Shown: positions 14,564 to 25,268 of the stretch, piece by piece
How the letters are laid out: the number at the start of each line of letters is the position of its first letter
Position numbering within the stretch: position 1 is the first letter of the stretch
Assembly (NCBI GenBank): GCA_963693365.1
Contig: CAVNZM010000004.1
Coordinates: forward strand, 4,590,564-4,654,563
Direction of reading: 5' to 3'
Source of the DNA: Amoebidium appalachense
Lineage: Eukaryota > Protista > Ichthyosporea
DNA: 64,000 bases
The notes under the pieces: model-generated
Seen by the model: the letters and a program-made list of their open reading frames with translations, nothing else
Told to the model about the DNA's origin: nothing
The model's database searches: none
Position numbers and translations under genes: made by a program

Positions 14564-14786
14564 ACACACATATACGCACACACAAAGAATACACACACAG
14601 ACGTGTGCATACACACACGTGCACGCAAGGGCACACACACACACACACACAAGCATATACAGACGCCTAACTTGAAGTGTACGCGTGCACAAATACACAC
14701 GCAAACGTGACACAATCACTCACACACACACAAACACACACACACACACACACTGCGTCTCTCGCTCGCTCGCTCTCTCTCTCTCT

Positions 14787-14823
<37 letters not shown>

Positions 14824-16423
14824 ATCTTAATGTCACACAGTACACACACATGCGCAATACACACACACACTTACCCTGTGTAACAAACGACACACTGGCA
14901 CAGTATATTAACCGGCCTCTTTTGGTGCAGTGGCGGTTTGCAAACACGCACGGTCCGGGTTAGTGCTAGCCCAAGACAACGTAACGTTAGATATATATAA
15001 TTAGCAGCTTCTGCGCAGATCTTGTGTAGGGAGAGAACACTGGCAGACGGGTAGATGTACAAAGACTTAGAATAGAAAGAGAGCTGCCGGGTTTGCATTT
15101 CTTTTATCCGTGAGCAAGAGAAAGAAAAACAATACAGTTAAGTAGCAAGCATCTAATTCGACTTGTTTCATGTTAGTGGCAGTACATAGTGGGCTCGTAC
15201 CGATACTAGTTTTACCTTGCACACTGCACTGTGCAACAAAACACGTTGCACTCAAGTGACATTTGGATGCAAGGGATACTTGACGAGACGATATATGCAA
15301 CAAGTAATTTATTACAAAAAGAACAACAGGGTGTCTGTCAGAGTCTGCTGGTTGCGTTGGACGGTGTGGAAAACAGTCATGATGTGTTTTCGACCGAAAC
15401 GCCTTCCCGTTGTCTGTATGTGTATGGCTGACAGGGCATTCCACAAACTGAGGTGGACTGAATGATCACGCTGTACGTGTGTATAATGTTCACACGCCAT
15501 GCCTACTCTACCCCCAGAGAGTGTATTTGGCAGAAACGCACCATGCAGGCAGTAAATGTTCAACACCCGTAGTACTTGTGCATATGTTTAACTACGGTGC
15601 ATGTGTGATGCCCTCATGATCACGAATGGCTAAGAAAAACGCCCAACGCAACAAGCCTGCAAACCCCAAAATAACTAAGACGATAGAAATTATCATCTAT
15701 AATAAAAAGCATCTGTGTAGCATTTTGAGGAAAAAGCAAATATTGTTACGTAAAGGGGTTTCTCTTTGCCAGAAGTAGCTTCTACGTCGGGCAGCTGGAG
15801 CCGCTGCCAGGCAGCCCGACAAACGACGGCCCTATGGCGGCCAACCTCGGGTGTTGGAGCGAAGCAAAAAATTGATCGATTTCATGAAGAAGCGGAGTCG
15901 GCGAAGCTTCGACATCTCAGTATTGGAGTCCGTCCGTCCGTGAGTCCGCCCCTGAACGGGGCAGAACGATTGGCAGAGATTAAATAGCCTTATATGGTAA
16001 CTAACGAGCATGTAATGCCGCGGACGTGGGAGCGGGGCAAAACTATTGGTGATCGTGTTTCATGTTATTGCTTAAGGCTGGATTCGGCCTCCGCCCGACT
16101 GGCCCTATCCGCTTCGACCATGGCTACATCTCTGAGCCACATCATGTGTTTGCGCAATTATTCTGGTCGCAATCATTGCAACCCCGGAAGTGAGCCGGCC
16201 AAGTGGACCTCAGTCGGGCAGTTGCAATTGTATTCGAATATTCAAACTATTCAACCTTAGATAATCTGTGTCGTTCTGTTTCTAGTTCGGGTCGTTCTGT
16301 TTCTAATGGGTCGTTCTGTTTCTAATTCGTTGTTGTTACATAGTATAGTTGTGCAATTAGTGATTTGAAAACGGGATAGCCATGAAATGAATACGCTCCT
16401 GACACGTGGACGCTTTCTGAAGG

Positions 16424-17521
16424 ATGGCGCGTGAAAAGTGTGCAGTATGTAAGGCAGGAATTCGTGAGAACAGGAGAAATTATAACTTGCCTAAAGATAT
16501 CAACGCTTTGGTGTTTTTCTTTGGTACTACGGCATCCAATCATCCCAAGGAGGGAAAACTATGCAACCTATGCTATATGAATTGGAGGAATACGGTCACA
16601 AAGCAAAGTGGACCGTCTGGAGTGGTTGGCGAGTTACCGGCGTCTAGTGTCGCAACCGGGAGTGTCGAACTCGGAAACGTGGAGCTGCAGGATGGCCCTA
16701 GCACACCAAAAAAGCGACCACCTCCGGACGTTGCCAACACAGACCCTTCCAACGAAAGCTTTAGCACTATCGAACCAAACCGCCTGCGACACCACACACC
16801 CAGCGGCAAAGTGGCCAAACAAACGCGATGTTCAGAGGGCCTTGTGAACGAAACTAACACAAACGACGATAGTAGCATCTTTCGCAGCCTTCGAAAGGAG
16901 TTCATGGACGTGGATCCCCAAAGTGTGCACACACCCGAACAACATTCACCTTTTTTTCCGTGCCCAGAAGGGGACCTTAGTAGGGAGGGCAGCGTACATG
17001 AACAGAGTGATTTTATGACAGGCTTCGACCTTTTCGACAGTAATACGGATACGGGGGATGCGGCAAACACAGGAGACACAGCCAGTACGGCTTCACCAGG
17101 CACCACGCAACCGGTTTTACAGGTGCCCACTGTTGGTGTACCGAAGACGGGAAACCATGCAGCAGCCGACCAACAAGACACTGTAAACCCCGAACTGGTC
17201 ACGTCTATGGCCGACATTAACGAGCAAATTGAAACCTATGAGATACAACTTTCGGCCCTCCGACTCCAGCTGCAGTACGTGCAGGAAAGGCTAGAAGCCA
17301 ATAGACGGGAGAAGGAAAGGCATCGCTCACGTGCACGGCGCTATTCTGCAAAGATAGCCGGGATAGAAGTTCAGCAGGAACAGGCGAAAACCGCCATGGA
17401 CGATGATGTGCGTACCACGGTTGCGGGTTTAGCCTTCATATGGTCCCATGGTGATCGTGTTTCGTGTTTGCCAGAAGATTCGGGATTTTCTGGAAGTCTG
17501 CTGTGTCGAGCGGTCCGGTAG
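16424..17521 (+). CDS. Hypothetical protein, N-terminal CxxC...CxxC putative zinc finger, disordered middle, C-terminal coiled coil
   Basis: 365-aa intronless ATG ORF in non-repetitive DNA; CAVC...CNLC, PKKRP NLS-like motif, heptad-like INEQIETYEIQLSALRLQLQYVQERLE. Confidence 0.55.
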   Translation: MAREKCAVCKAGIRENRRNYNLPKDINALVFFFGTTASNHPKEGKLCNLCYMNWRNTVTKQSGPSGVVGELPASSVATGSVELGNVELQDGPSTPKKRPPPDVANTDPSNESFSTIEPNRLRHHTPSGKVAKQTRCSEGLVNETNTNDDSSIFRSLRKEFMDVDPQSVHTPEQHSPFFPCPEGDLSREGSVHEQSDFMTGFDLFDSNTDTGDAANTGDTASTASPGTTQPVLQVPTVGVPKTGNHAAADQQDTVNPELVTSMADINEQIETYEIQLSALRLQLQYVQERLEANRREKERHRSRARRYSAKIAGIEVQQEQAKTAMDDDVRTTVAGLAFIWSHGDRVSCLPEDSGFSGSLLCRAVR

Positions 17522-17874
17522 GGCGTGCTATAGTACAGTGCCTCCGCGATATTGTCACACCTTAAAACTGTTAAAACATAGAACATACCAAGATGTGACA
17601 GGATTGTACAGGTCTAGGGGACACTATATATAAGGGGATTTTAGGGGGATTTTAAAGTGCAATGAATTCGGGTCGGGTCGTCAAAAATAGTGACGATTGT
17701 GATAAGGTGATAAGTCGCAAGTACAAAAGGAACCGAGAGCACAATAAAGATTCAGTTGTTGTTTGAAATCTTTCAATGTCTCGTGAACAACTCCGATTGC
17801 CCTCTCTTTAATGTGTTAGTCGTGTTTTACATGACACCTCTGTGCACTCTGCTCCCTTAGACCCGTACAAAACA

Positions 17875-18055
<181 letters not shown>

Positions 18056-18058
18056 CCC

Positions 18059-18094
<36 letters not shown>

Positions 18095-18102
18095 ATGCAC
18101 AC

Positions 18103-18208
18103 ATGCACCTCCTCCCTCTCACATGCTGGCACTCAAATCTCTCACACTCAAGCCCTCCACCTCCGCTTCTTCATGATTAAGGCAAAGCCCGTCAGGGCGT
18201 GCCGTTAC

Positions 18209-18211
<3 letters not shown>
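18103..18211 (+). mobile_element. Helitron-type 3' terminus (family B), copy 1
   Basis: 109-bp direct repeat of 37405-37513 with one mismatch; ends GGCA-AA-GCCC-gtca-GGGC-G-TGCC-GTTA-CTAG. Confidence 0.6.
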
Positions 18212-18286
<75 letters not shown>

Positions 18287-18308
18287 GAGGAAGGGGGGAG
18301 GGGGGGGG

Positions 18309-18407
<99 letters not shown>

Positions 18408-18413
18408 CCCCCC

Positions 18414-18457
<44 letters not shown>

Positions 18458-18734
18458 ATGCACACATGCACTGTAGCGCACCGCAAAAACGGTGGTTTCA
18501 AACATGCAGGGCCGGTACGAACCCTAAAACACGTGCAGGTGGGTGGTTCTATGCCGGCAGCATAGGCCGAGTGCACGTGCTGGGATCTACGGTGATAAGG
18601 ATTGAAAATTCCGGAATGTCGGCATAGCAGCAGGTTTGAATCCACCAATCGGGCTATGGGCACTTATGGCCAAGGGATGCATTGTCAAATCTGAGGCATA
18701 CAGGAACGTAACTGGCTGTGTAGTAGCAGCGTGT

Positions 18735-19050
18735 GTACATGTGCCATACACCGTTATGCAGGGTGTGTGGCTTGGGGCTGCATTGTCAAATATGAGGCAT
18801 ACAGGCATGAACCCAACTGTGCAGTGCAGTGTGTATGTATGTATACACGTGTGTCTGTTGATATATGATATGTATCAAAAGGGGAGAGAGAGAAGTACAT
18901 GTGCCATACACCGTTATGCAGGGTGTGTGGCTTGGGGCTGCATTGTCAAATATGAGGCATACAGGCATGAAACCGACTGTGCAGTGCAGTGTGTATGTAT
19001 GTATACACGTGTGTCTGGTGATATATGAAAACACAAAAGGGGAGAGAGGG
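18735..19050. repeat. ~160-bp tandem duplication
   Basis: gtacatgtgccatacaccgttatgcagggtgtgtggcttggggctgcattgtcaaatatgagg... present at ~18735 and ~18895. Confidence 0.85.
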
Positions 19051-19230
19051 TGAGGGAGAGGGAGAGAAAAAGAGAGAGAGGGAGAGGGAGAGTGGAGGGT
19101 GGGGAGGGGGAGAGAGAGAGAGAAAGAGAGGGAGAGAGAGAGAGAGAAAGAGAGGGTGAGAAAGAGAGGGAGAGAGAGAGAGATAGAGAGGGTGAGAGAG
19201 AGAGGGAGAGAGAGAGGGAGGGAGGGAGGG

Positions 19231-19261
<31 letters not shown>

Positions 19262-19391
19262 GAGAGAGAGAGATAGAGAGAGGGAGAGAGATAGAGAGGG
19301 AGAGAGATAGAGAGAGTGTGTGAGGGGTTTGTGCACGGTCAAGACACCAGTAGTCAAAATGTTTTTAAAGTGCCTCCGGTGCACTCTGTGT

Positions 19392-21035
19392 TTATTTAGC
19401 ACTGTCCAGCACCCGCATAAACAACGCTGGCAAGGTCAAACTTTTGGCAAGCTCCTCCATAGCCTGTTTGAATGCTGCTTTTCGGGCAGCTTCTGCGATC
19501 TTCTCCGCCACCGTTTTTCCGTCCTCACCCCCACTTGCCCGTGCGGGCGGGTTGTTGCAAGCCATGTCAAGCCACATGGGTGTGTCCCTGCTAAAGAAGC
19601 AGAGGAGTGCGTGCAGAAGGGCGGGGACGTGCCCCTCGATGGCACATATTGTCGCGGAGAGCAGCTCGCTCATCTCGGCGGGGCAGTGCTCGATGCAGCA
19701 GGTTTGGAAGGTGTACAGGGCCACCGGTTTGCCAAGGCCCAGCAAGTCGTATGTGTAGGTGTGTGTCGCCGACACGGGCCCCCCGGAGGAGGTCTCGTTG
19801 CTGCCGTATGCCTGGAGCCAGACTGTGTAGTCGTCGAAGCGGGAGGCGCTGCGCTGGGGAACCAGCAGCAGATTTTCAACGCGCAGGTCTTGGCAGTTGC
19901 CGTTGCGGTAAATCACGCGCTCGCCAATGGCCAGCCGGCGCACGGGGCAGTCCTGGTGCGCATACTTGTAGCCGTAGTTGTATATCAGCTCGGAGGCACG
20001 CACCAGGTCGTTTTGCTGTGGGACCGGTGTGAGACTCGGTGTAGCATGTGTGTGTGTTTTTTTTTTTTGGGGGGGGGCACCCACGTGCACCATGGTGTTC
20101 TCCATGAGCAGCACGAGCTCGGGGCCCAGGCTGAGCCTGCGCGCGCAGCCGTGGTCCAGCTGCACGACGCCCGTGGGGTCAAAGTGGACCACGTGTGCCC
20201 TGGCCCGCCAGGTCAGCCGGAGCCTCGAAAGGAGGATGAGGGCAAACCAGTCCATCTCATACACGTGGCTGGTGGGTGAGGAGCCCGGCAGCACGGCCTC
20301 CACCATCACGCTGGCGGGGGTCTGGCTCTTCCAAGTCGCGCCCGTGTATTCGTTGAGCTCCAACGGAGGGGTGGGGCCGGGATCATCGGCCACCGGCACG
20401 CGCTTGTGGGAGTGCAGCATGAGGCTGGGGTAGCACGTCCTGCTGGGGTCGGCGGGGTCCTCGTACTCCTGCGTGGGGTTGGGGGGGGGGGTGAGCGTCA
20501 CACAACAGGTGACTGCCGCATGGTTTTGACACAGGATAGCAGAGTGTATCTACGAGTCACCACCAGCAAGCCCAGGGGCGACAACCAAGCCCCAAGACAA
20601 ACCTGGGAGGGAGCAAGATGTACAACTGTGCTGCTTGGGTCACATTCTGTGACCGCGACATCAACGGGGCAAGAAACATCCTTCTGTGTTCTTGCTCCCA
20701 GCGGCTGGGTACCCCCCAGCCTTTGCCTGTACCGGCCTAATGCTGGCGGACATTGAAGCATGGCCCTAGACGCTCTGTAGGGTTCTATAGGGTTGTTTAT
20801 GGTTATGTATAGGTGTCATGCTAAACGGTATCAGTAGGCCACGCCGACACTCGTTTGTGCACACCTCGAAACAGGCCATGTAGCCTGCGGCAGGGTGGTT
20901 GCTTTTCAGCCTGCTCAGCCGGCCCTCCGTGGCATTGGCCTCCTGGAAGGCAGCCAGCCAGGCCAGGCTCTTAGGGCCTGTGAATTTCGCCAAACCACCG
21001 GCCTGCCCCCCACAGAAGACACCGAGGAGCCGCAT
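19392..21035 (-). CDS. Spliced protein with degenerate HNH_3-like motif, interrupted by a Fanzor-element remnant
   Basis: VIYRNGNCQDLRVENLLLV resembles the HNH_3 pattern V-D-H-x-N-G-x3-D-N-R-x2-N-L. In-frame 69-nt GT-AG intron 20084-20016; acceptor at 20469; upstream exon 21035-20837 is cut off by the remnant. Confidence 0.6.
20505..20836 (+). mobile_element. Deleted non-autonomous derivative of the IS607/Fanzor2 element (internal fragment + right end/omegaRNA)
   Basis: 20505-20593 matches the reverse complement of ~34735-34822; 20593-20836 matches the reverse complement of 33977-34220. About 10 substitutions counted by eye. Homology stops exactly at ...CGGTATCAGTA. Confidence 0.93.
20650..20856 (+). 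ncRNA. Putative Fanzor omegaRNA copy 2 (scaffold + guide GGCCACGCCGACACTCGTTT); 5' end uncertain
   Basis: Right-end-derived sequence with stems AGCATGGC/GTCATGCT, TACCG/CGGTA and CCCAG/CTGGG. By analogy with TnpB/Fanzor omegaRNAs, the guide is the flank just beyond the element end. Confidence 0.55.
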
Positions 21036-21124
21036 GATGGATGGCAGACAGGCCGAAAACCTCCGGCAAAATCAATCTGGATGGACCGTGACTGACTGAC
21101 CGATCGGCTGCTTTTATACCTTCG

Positions 21125-22432
21125 GTGGGTGCGGGCCCGGCCAATCAAACATTTTGCCTTGCCCAATGCCAGATCCACCAATCCGGAGCCTTCTTGGCAG
21201 CATTATCTGGTCCGGCAACGGGGCAGCTTACGGCAGCGCCAGCAGTAGCAGACAGAACGGAGGGGTGGTCGTGGCATACAAAAGCGCAAAAATGGGCGGT
21301 GCAGGCCGAACTGGCAGGACGGGGCCCGGGGGGGCGTGTTGCAGGCATGAAATCGGCACCGTTTGCCAGGCTGGGGCCCCTGGCCCTGCCCGAAAACGCC
21401 AAAGACTACCGGGCCATGCACGAGCGGCTGCTGGACGGGGTGTTCCTGCAGAGACCCGCAGACACACCGTGCAGGCAAGTAAAAGCAGTGGGTGGGGTGG
21501 GTGGTGTGCACGGATGCGTGTGTGGGGTGGCGGCAGCGGGCAGATGCACACCAGACCTTGCGACTTTGGTGGCCTGCCAATGTGTGAAGACTTGGCCAGT
21601 GCCCGTGTCAGTTCAGTCCGGCCACAAAAGTAACCCCGTCCACCGCAGGCTGCCCCTGACCGTGGCGGCGCTGGTGGAGACGCGCCTGTTCACGCACTCG
21701 TGGGACGAGATGTGCGCCAACCAGACCGTGTGCATGGACAGCCACCTGAAGTACTACTACCTCTCCTCCCTGTGGCGGGCCAGCATGTCGCTGTGGGAGC
21801 GCGTGCTTGCCGACGACACCCCCATGGCCCACCGCGTGCGGCAGCTGCTCTCGCTCAACCAGTGCCCGCACGTGTGCGCGATGTGCAGGGTGGTGGTGTC
21901 CTGTGGTGCCGGCAGGAACGGCCCCCCGCCCCGCCCCCCGCACCGGCGCGCCATGGACCTGCGGGGCAGGCGCTGGTGCGGCGGGCTGCCCGCACGGCAC
22001 GAGCTGCGGCCGTACCCCTACTGCGAGGGGCCCGTGCACTACCAGCAGGCCGGGATGATGGAGCGGCAGCTGGCGCTGACCGTGGTCGAGCGGCTGTTTG
22101 TGTGCGGGGGCTGCCTGGCCGTGGTGGAGAAGCTGCACGCGGAGGGGGAGGCCGGGGTGGTTTCCGCGCTGCGGGAAATACAAGAAGTGCCGGCTGCAGG
22201 AGTCCGACTGGGAGGAAGACAGCGACAAGGAGAACGAGGAATGGGACTAAAGAGGGGAAAACTAGCGCAAAAACTAGCGAAGAAACTAGCGCAAAAACTA
22301 GCGAAGAAACTAGCGCAAAAACTAGCGAAGAAACTAGCGCAAAAACTAGCAAAAAAACCAGTTAAAAAACTAGCGCAAAAACTAGCAAAAAAACTAGCAA
22401 AAAAACTAGCAAAGAAACTAGCAAAAAAATAG
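21125..22432 (+). CDS. Hypothetical Cys-rich protein (probably spliced; start uncertain) with C-terminal (KKLAQKLA)n tail
   Basis: GC-rich coding-like ORF with CPHVCAMC, YPYC and VCGGC motifs; probable intron after ...TPCRQ|GTAAAA (~21479); 12-bp tandem repeat 22257-22432 read in frame. Confidence 0.55.
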   Translation: MGAGPANQTFCLAQCQIHQSGAFLAALSGPATGQLTAAPAVADRTEGWSWHTKAQKWAVQAELAGRGPGGRVAGMKSAPFARLGPLALPENAKDYRAMHERLLDGVFLQRPADTPCRQVKAVGGVGGVHGCVCGVAAAGRCTPDLATLVACQCVKTWPVPVSVQSGHKSNPVHRRLPLTVAALVETRLFTHSWDEMCANQTVCMDSHLKYYYLSSLWRASMSLWERVLADDTPMAHRVRQLLSLNQCPHVCAMCRVVVSCGAGRNGPPPRPPHRRAMDLRGRRWCGGLPARHELRPYPYCEGPVHYQQAGMMERQLALTVVERLFVCGGCLAVVEKLHAEGEAGVVSALREIQEVPAAGVRLGGRQRQGERGMGLKRGKLAQKLAKKLAQKLAKKLAQKLAKKLAQKLAKKPVKKLAQKLAKKLAKKLAKKLAKK

Positions 22433-22614
22433 CAAAAAGAAAGCCAAAGTGGTGCGGAAAAAACTAGCGAAAAAATAGCAAATATAAAGCCAAAGTGGTG
22501 CCAAAGTGGTGCCAAAGTGGTGCCAAAGCGGTGCGGAGAGCCGGCGAGAAAATAGCAAAAATAAAGCCAAAGCAGTGCCAAAGCCTACGCACGCGTGCCC
22601 CCGTCTGCCTCGGT

Positions 22615-22930
22615 GGTGCGTGTGTGTGCCTGTGTGGGCGTGTGTGGGGCATGTGCGGAGAGGGGTCACCGGGCCATGTTTTTGGCTTTGGCGAATCCGG
22701 GTGCAGCTGCATGGGCCCTCCTCGGTGCAGCTGGGGACCCCCAGTCCCCACTCTGGCGCAGAAAAAAACTGCCGGTGCGTGTGCGCGTGTGTGGGGCATG
22801 TGCGGGGAGGGGGTCACCGGGCCATGTTTTTGGCTTTGGCAAATCCGGGTGCAGCTGCATGGGCCTCCTCGGTGCCCAGTCCCCACTCTGGCGCAGAAAA
22901 AAACTGCGGGTGCGTGTGCGCGTGTGTCTG
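22615..22930. repeat. Subterminal ~150-bp tandem direct repeat
   Basis: gcgtgtgtggggcatgtgcgg..ggggtcaccgggccatgtttttggctttggc.aatccgggtgcagc...ccagtccccactctggcgcagaaaaaaactgc occurs twice. Confidence 0.85.
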
Positions 22931-23050
22931 GTGCAGCCGGAGAAAACCACCAAAAACCGGCGGTACGATACCCCGCCCGCCAAGCTCAGCCAATCAAAAG
23001 TCTTCGTTAAAAATAGCGGGGATCCAAATTGTTCAGCCAATCAAAAAGCA

Positions 23051-23089
23051 GCGGTGCCCACAGGCACCGCTCGTCACGTGACCCACTAG
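23051..23089 (+). mobile_element. Helitron-type 3' terminus (family A)
   Basis: Perfect hairpin GCGGTGCC-CACA-GGCACCGC (23051-23070), 15 nt, CTAG (23086-23089), then T. Confidence 0.6.
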
Positions 23090-23213
23090 TAGTACTCTGA
23101 GAGGCCAGCCAATCAGAGGAATGTTGGCAAAAACCAACTTTCGTCACGTGACCACACAGGCCCTGCGGCGCTGTGTGGGCCCCGCGGGGGGGGGGGGGGG
23201 GGGGGGGGGGGGA

Positions 23214-24157
23214 GGGATGGGTGGTGGTAAACTTGGTATACGTGGTGGGTGGAAAAATCTCTCTCCGCTGGATGTGTCACCTATCAGCCAATCGGATCTG
23301 GTAGAACTAGGGGGGTGGGGGGGTGGGGATGGGTGGTGGTAAACTTGGTATACGTGGTGGGTGGAAAAATCTCTCTCCGCTGGATGTGTCACCTATCAGC
23401 CAATCGGATCTGGTAGAACTAGGGGGGGGTGGGGGGGTGGGGATGGGTGGTGGTAAACTTGGTATACGTGGTGGGTGGAAAAATCTCTCTCCGCTGGATG
23501 TGTCACCTATCAGCCAATCGGATCTGGTAGAACTAGGGGGGAGGGGGGTGGGGATGGGTGGTGGTAAACTTGGTATACGTGGTGGGTGGAAAAATCTCTC
23601 TCCGCTGGATGTGTCACCTATCAGCCAATCGGATCTGATATAAAATATGACATATGGTATGTAAGCCTTTACTTGTACGGTTGAATATTCTCCACCCTTT
23701 GTTACTAATGATTATAAATGTATATTCAATACACACCTACTTATTGTGGACTGGAAGAGTGTTAAAATAAATAACATACATATCAGATGACACTGCATAT
23801 ATCAAATCCAATTGGCTGATAGGTGACACATCCAGCGGAGAGAGAATTTTCCACCCACCACGTATACCAAGTTTACCACCACCCATCCCCACCCCCCTCC
23901 CCCCTAGTTCTACCAGATCCGATTGGCTGATAGGTGACACATCCAGCGGAGAGAGAATTTTCCACCCACCACGTATACCAAGTTTACCACCACCCATCCC
24001 CACCCCCCTCCCCCCTAGTTCTACCAGATCCGATTGGCTGATAGGTGACACATCCAGCGGAGAGAGAATTTTCCACCCACCACGTATACCAAGTTTACCA
24101 CCACCCATCCCCACCCCCCTCCCCCCTAGTTCTACCAGATCCGACTGGCTGATAGGA
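23214..24157. repeat. Inverted pair of tandem arrays of a ~112-bp unit around an AT-rich spacer
   Basis: Four forward units at 23214-23640 (gggatgggtggtggtaaacttggtatacg...cagccaatcggatctg); three full and one partial reverse-complement units at 23799-24157. Confidence 0.95.
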
Positions 24158-25268
24158 CCTAAGTTCCCCCCCCCCTTCCCCCCCCCTCCCCCCCCCCCCC
24201 CTTCCCCCCCCCCCCCCCCCCCCCGGAAAAGTCCACACTTTAATTTTTTTTTTTTCCGTTTCTGTTCTCAAGTGGGGAGATTTCACTAGTTCAGTGGGGA
24301 TATGATAACACAAACTTCAAAGCCTTAAGTGGGGATGTTGTAATACGTAGTATTTACATATTGTAAGATCTTCTCAGTTCGTGTTATGTTTTCATTCATT
24401 TACTTAGTGAAAAAGATGTGCTCCTTGTACGTAAACTATGACATCGATCTCCAGTGTATTTGAGTACTTGTAATCGTGTTGTGTCGGCTATATTCGTGTG
24501 TTTAGATATCGATTACAGCAACTGATTATAGGTACACGAGTCTACCCAGTGAGGGAGAAACGTGTACATGTTATGTGTACATGAATATCTTCGGTTATAA
24601 CTGTGTTTTGCTGTTCGTGTTTTCTGTCCTGCTTTCTTTTCTTTTTCCTCTTTCTTCTTCTTTCTTTTCTCTTTCTTTCTTCTCTTGTTTCCTTTCACAT
24701 AATTATATTTCTCTCTCACTAATATACGTTGAGTAGATTTATATTACTCGTTATGTTTTGATTGGTAGAAAAACACTTAGGCTACACTTTAGCTTGTCAG
24801 GTATGATTCATAGCTTAGTCAAACACTTTTGTTTTGTGTGTTGCCGTACTATATCCAATCAGTGGACTTAGTCAGAAAATGTCTGAGTCTTTGTAGCCGA
24901 TGATAGGTTAGAAACATCACCTCTTTCCTCGTTACTCTTCACCTCTTTTCTTTCTTATAGCTGTGACCTATGGTGTGCGTTCCTGTGCCTCCGGATCTAT
25001 CCGGGAAATAATCAGTTAATTGTGATTGGTTATTTTAGACATAGATCTGATTTCCGACTGGTCGGAAATCATGTATGGATTTAACTTAAGGGAATTTCAG
25101 GTATTTATTAGCGATCAAAATAAATTGAGTTCAGTCGTGTCTAAACATTGATGTCTGTTGTGTACACTGCTCCGATCGTTTCCGTGTTTTGTTGTTGTGT
25201 GTGTCTGTGGTGTTTTTACACTGCACCACTGTGTCTCTGCTTTCATCCAAATACTTATACAATTTAAC

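Noticed and set aside
23088-23100. AGTAGT as a Polinton/Maverick terminus
   Set aside because: No matching inverted terminus, and no pPolB, integrase, ATPase or capsid ORF in the window.
23214-24157. CRISPR-like array
   Set aside because: Units are ~112 bp and identical throughout; only G-run length varies, with no unique spacers and no cas genes.
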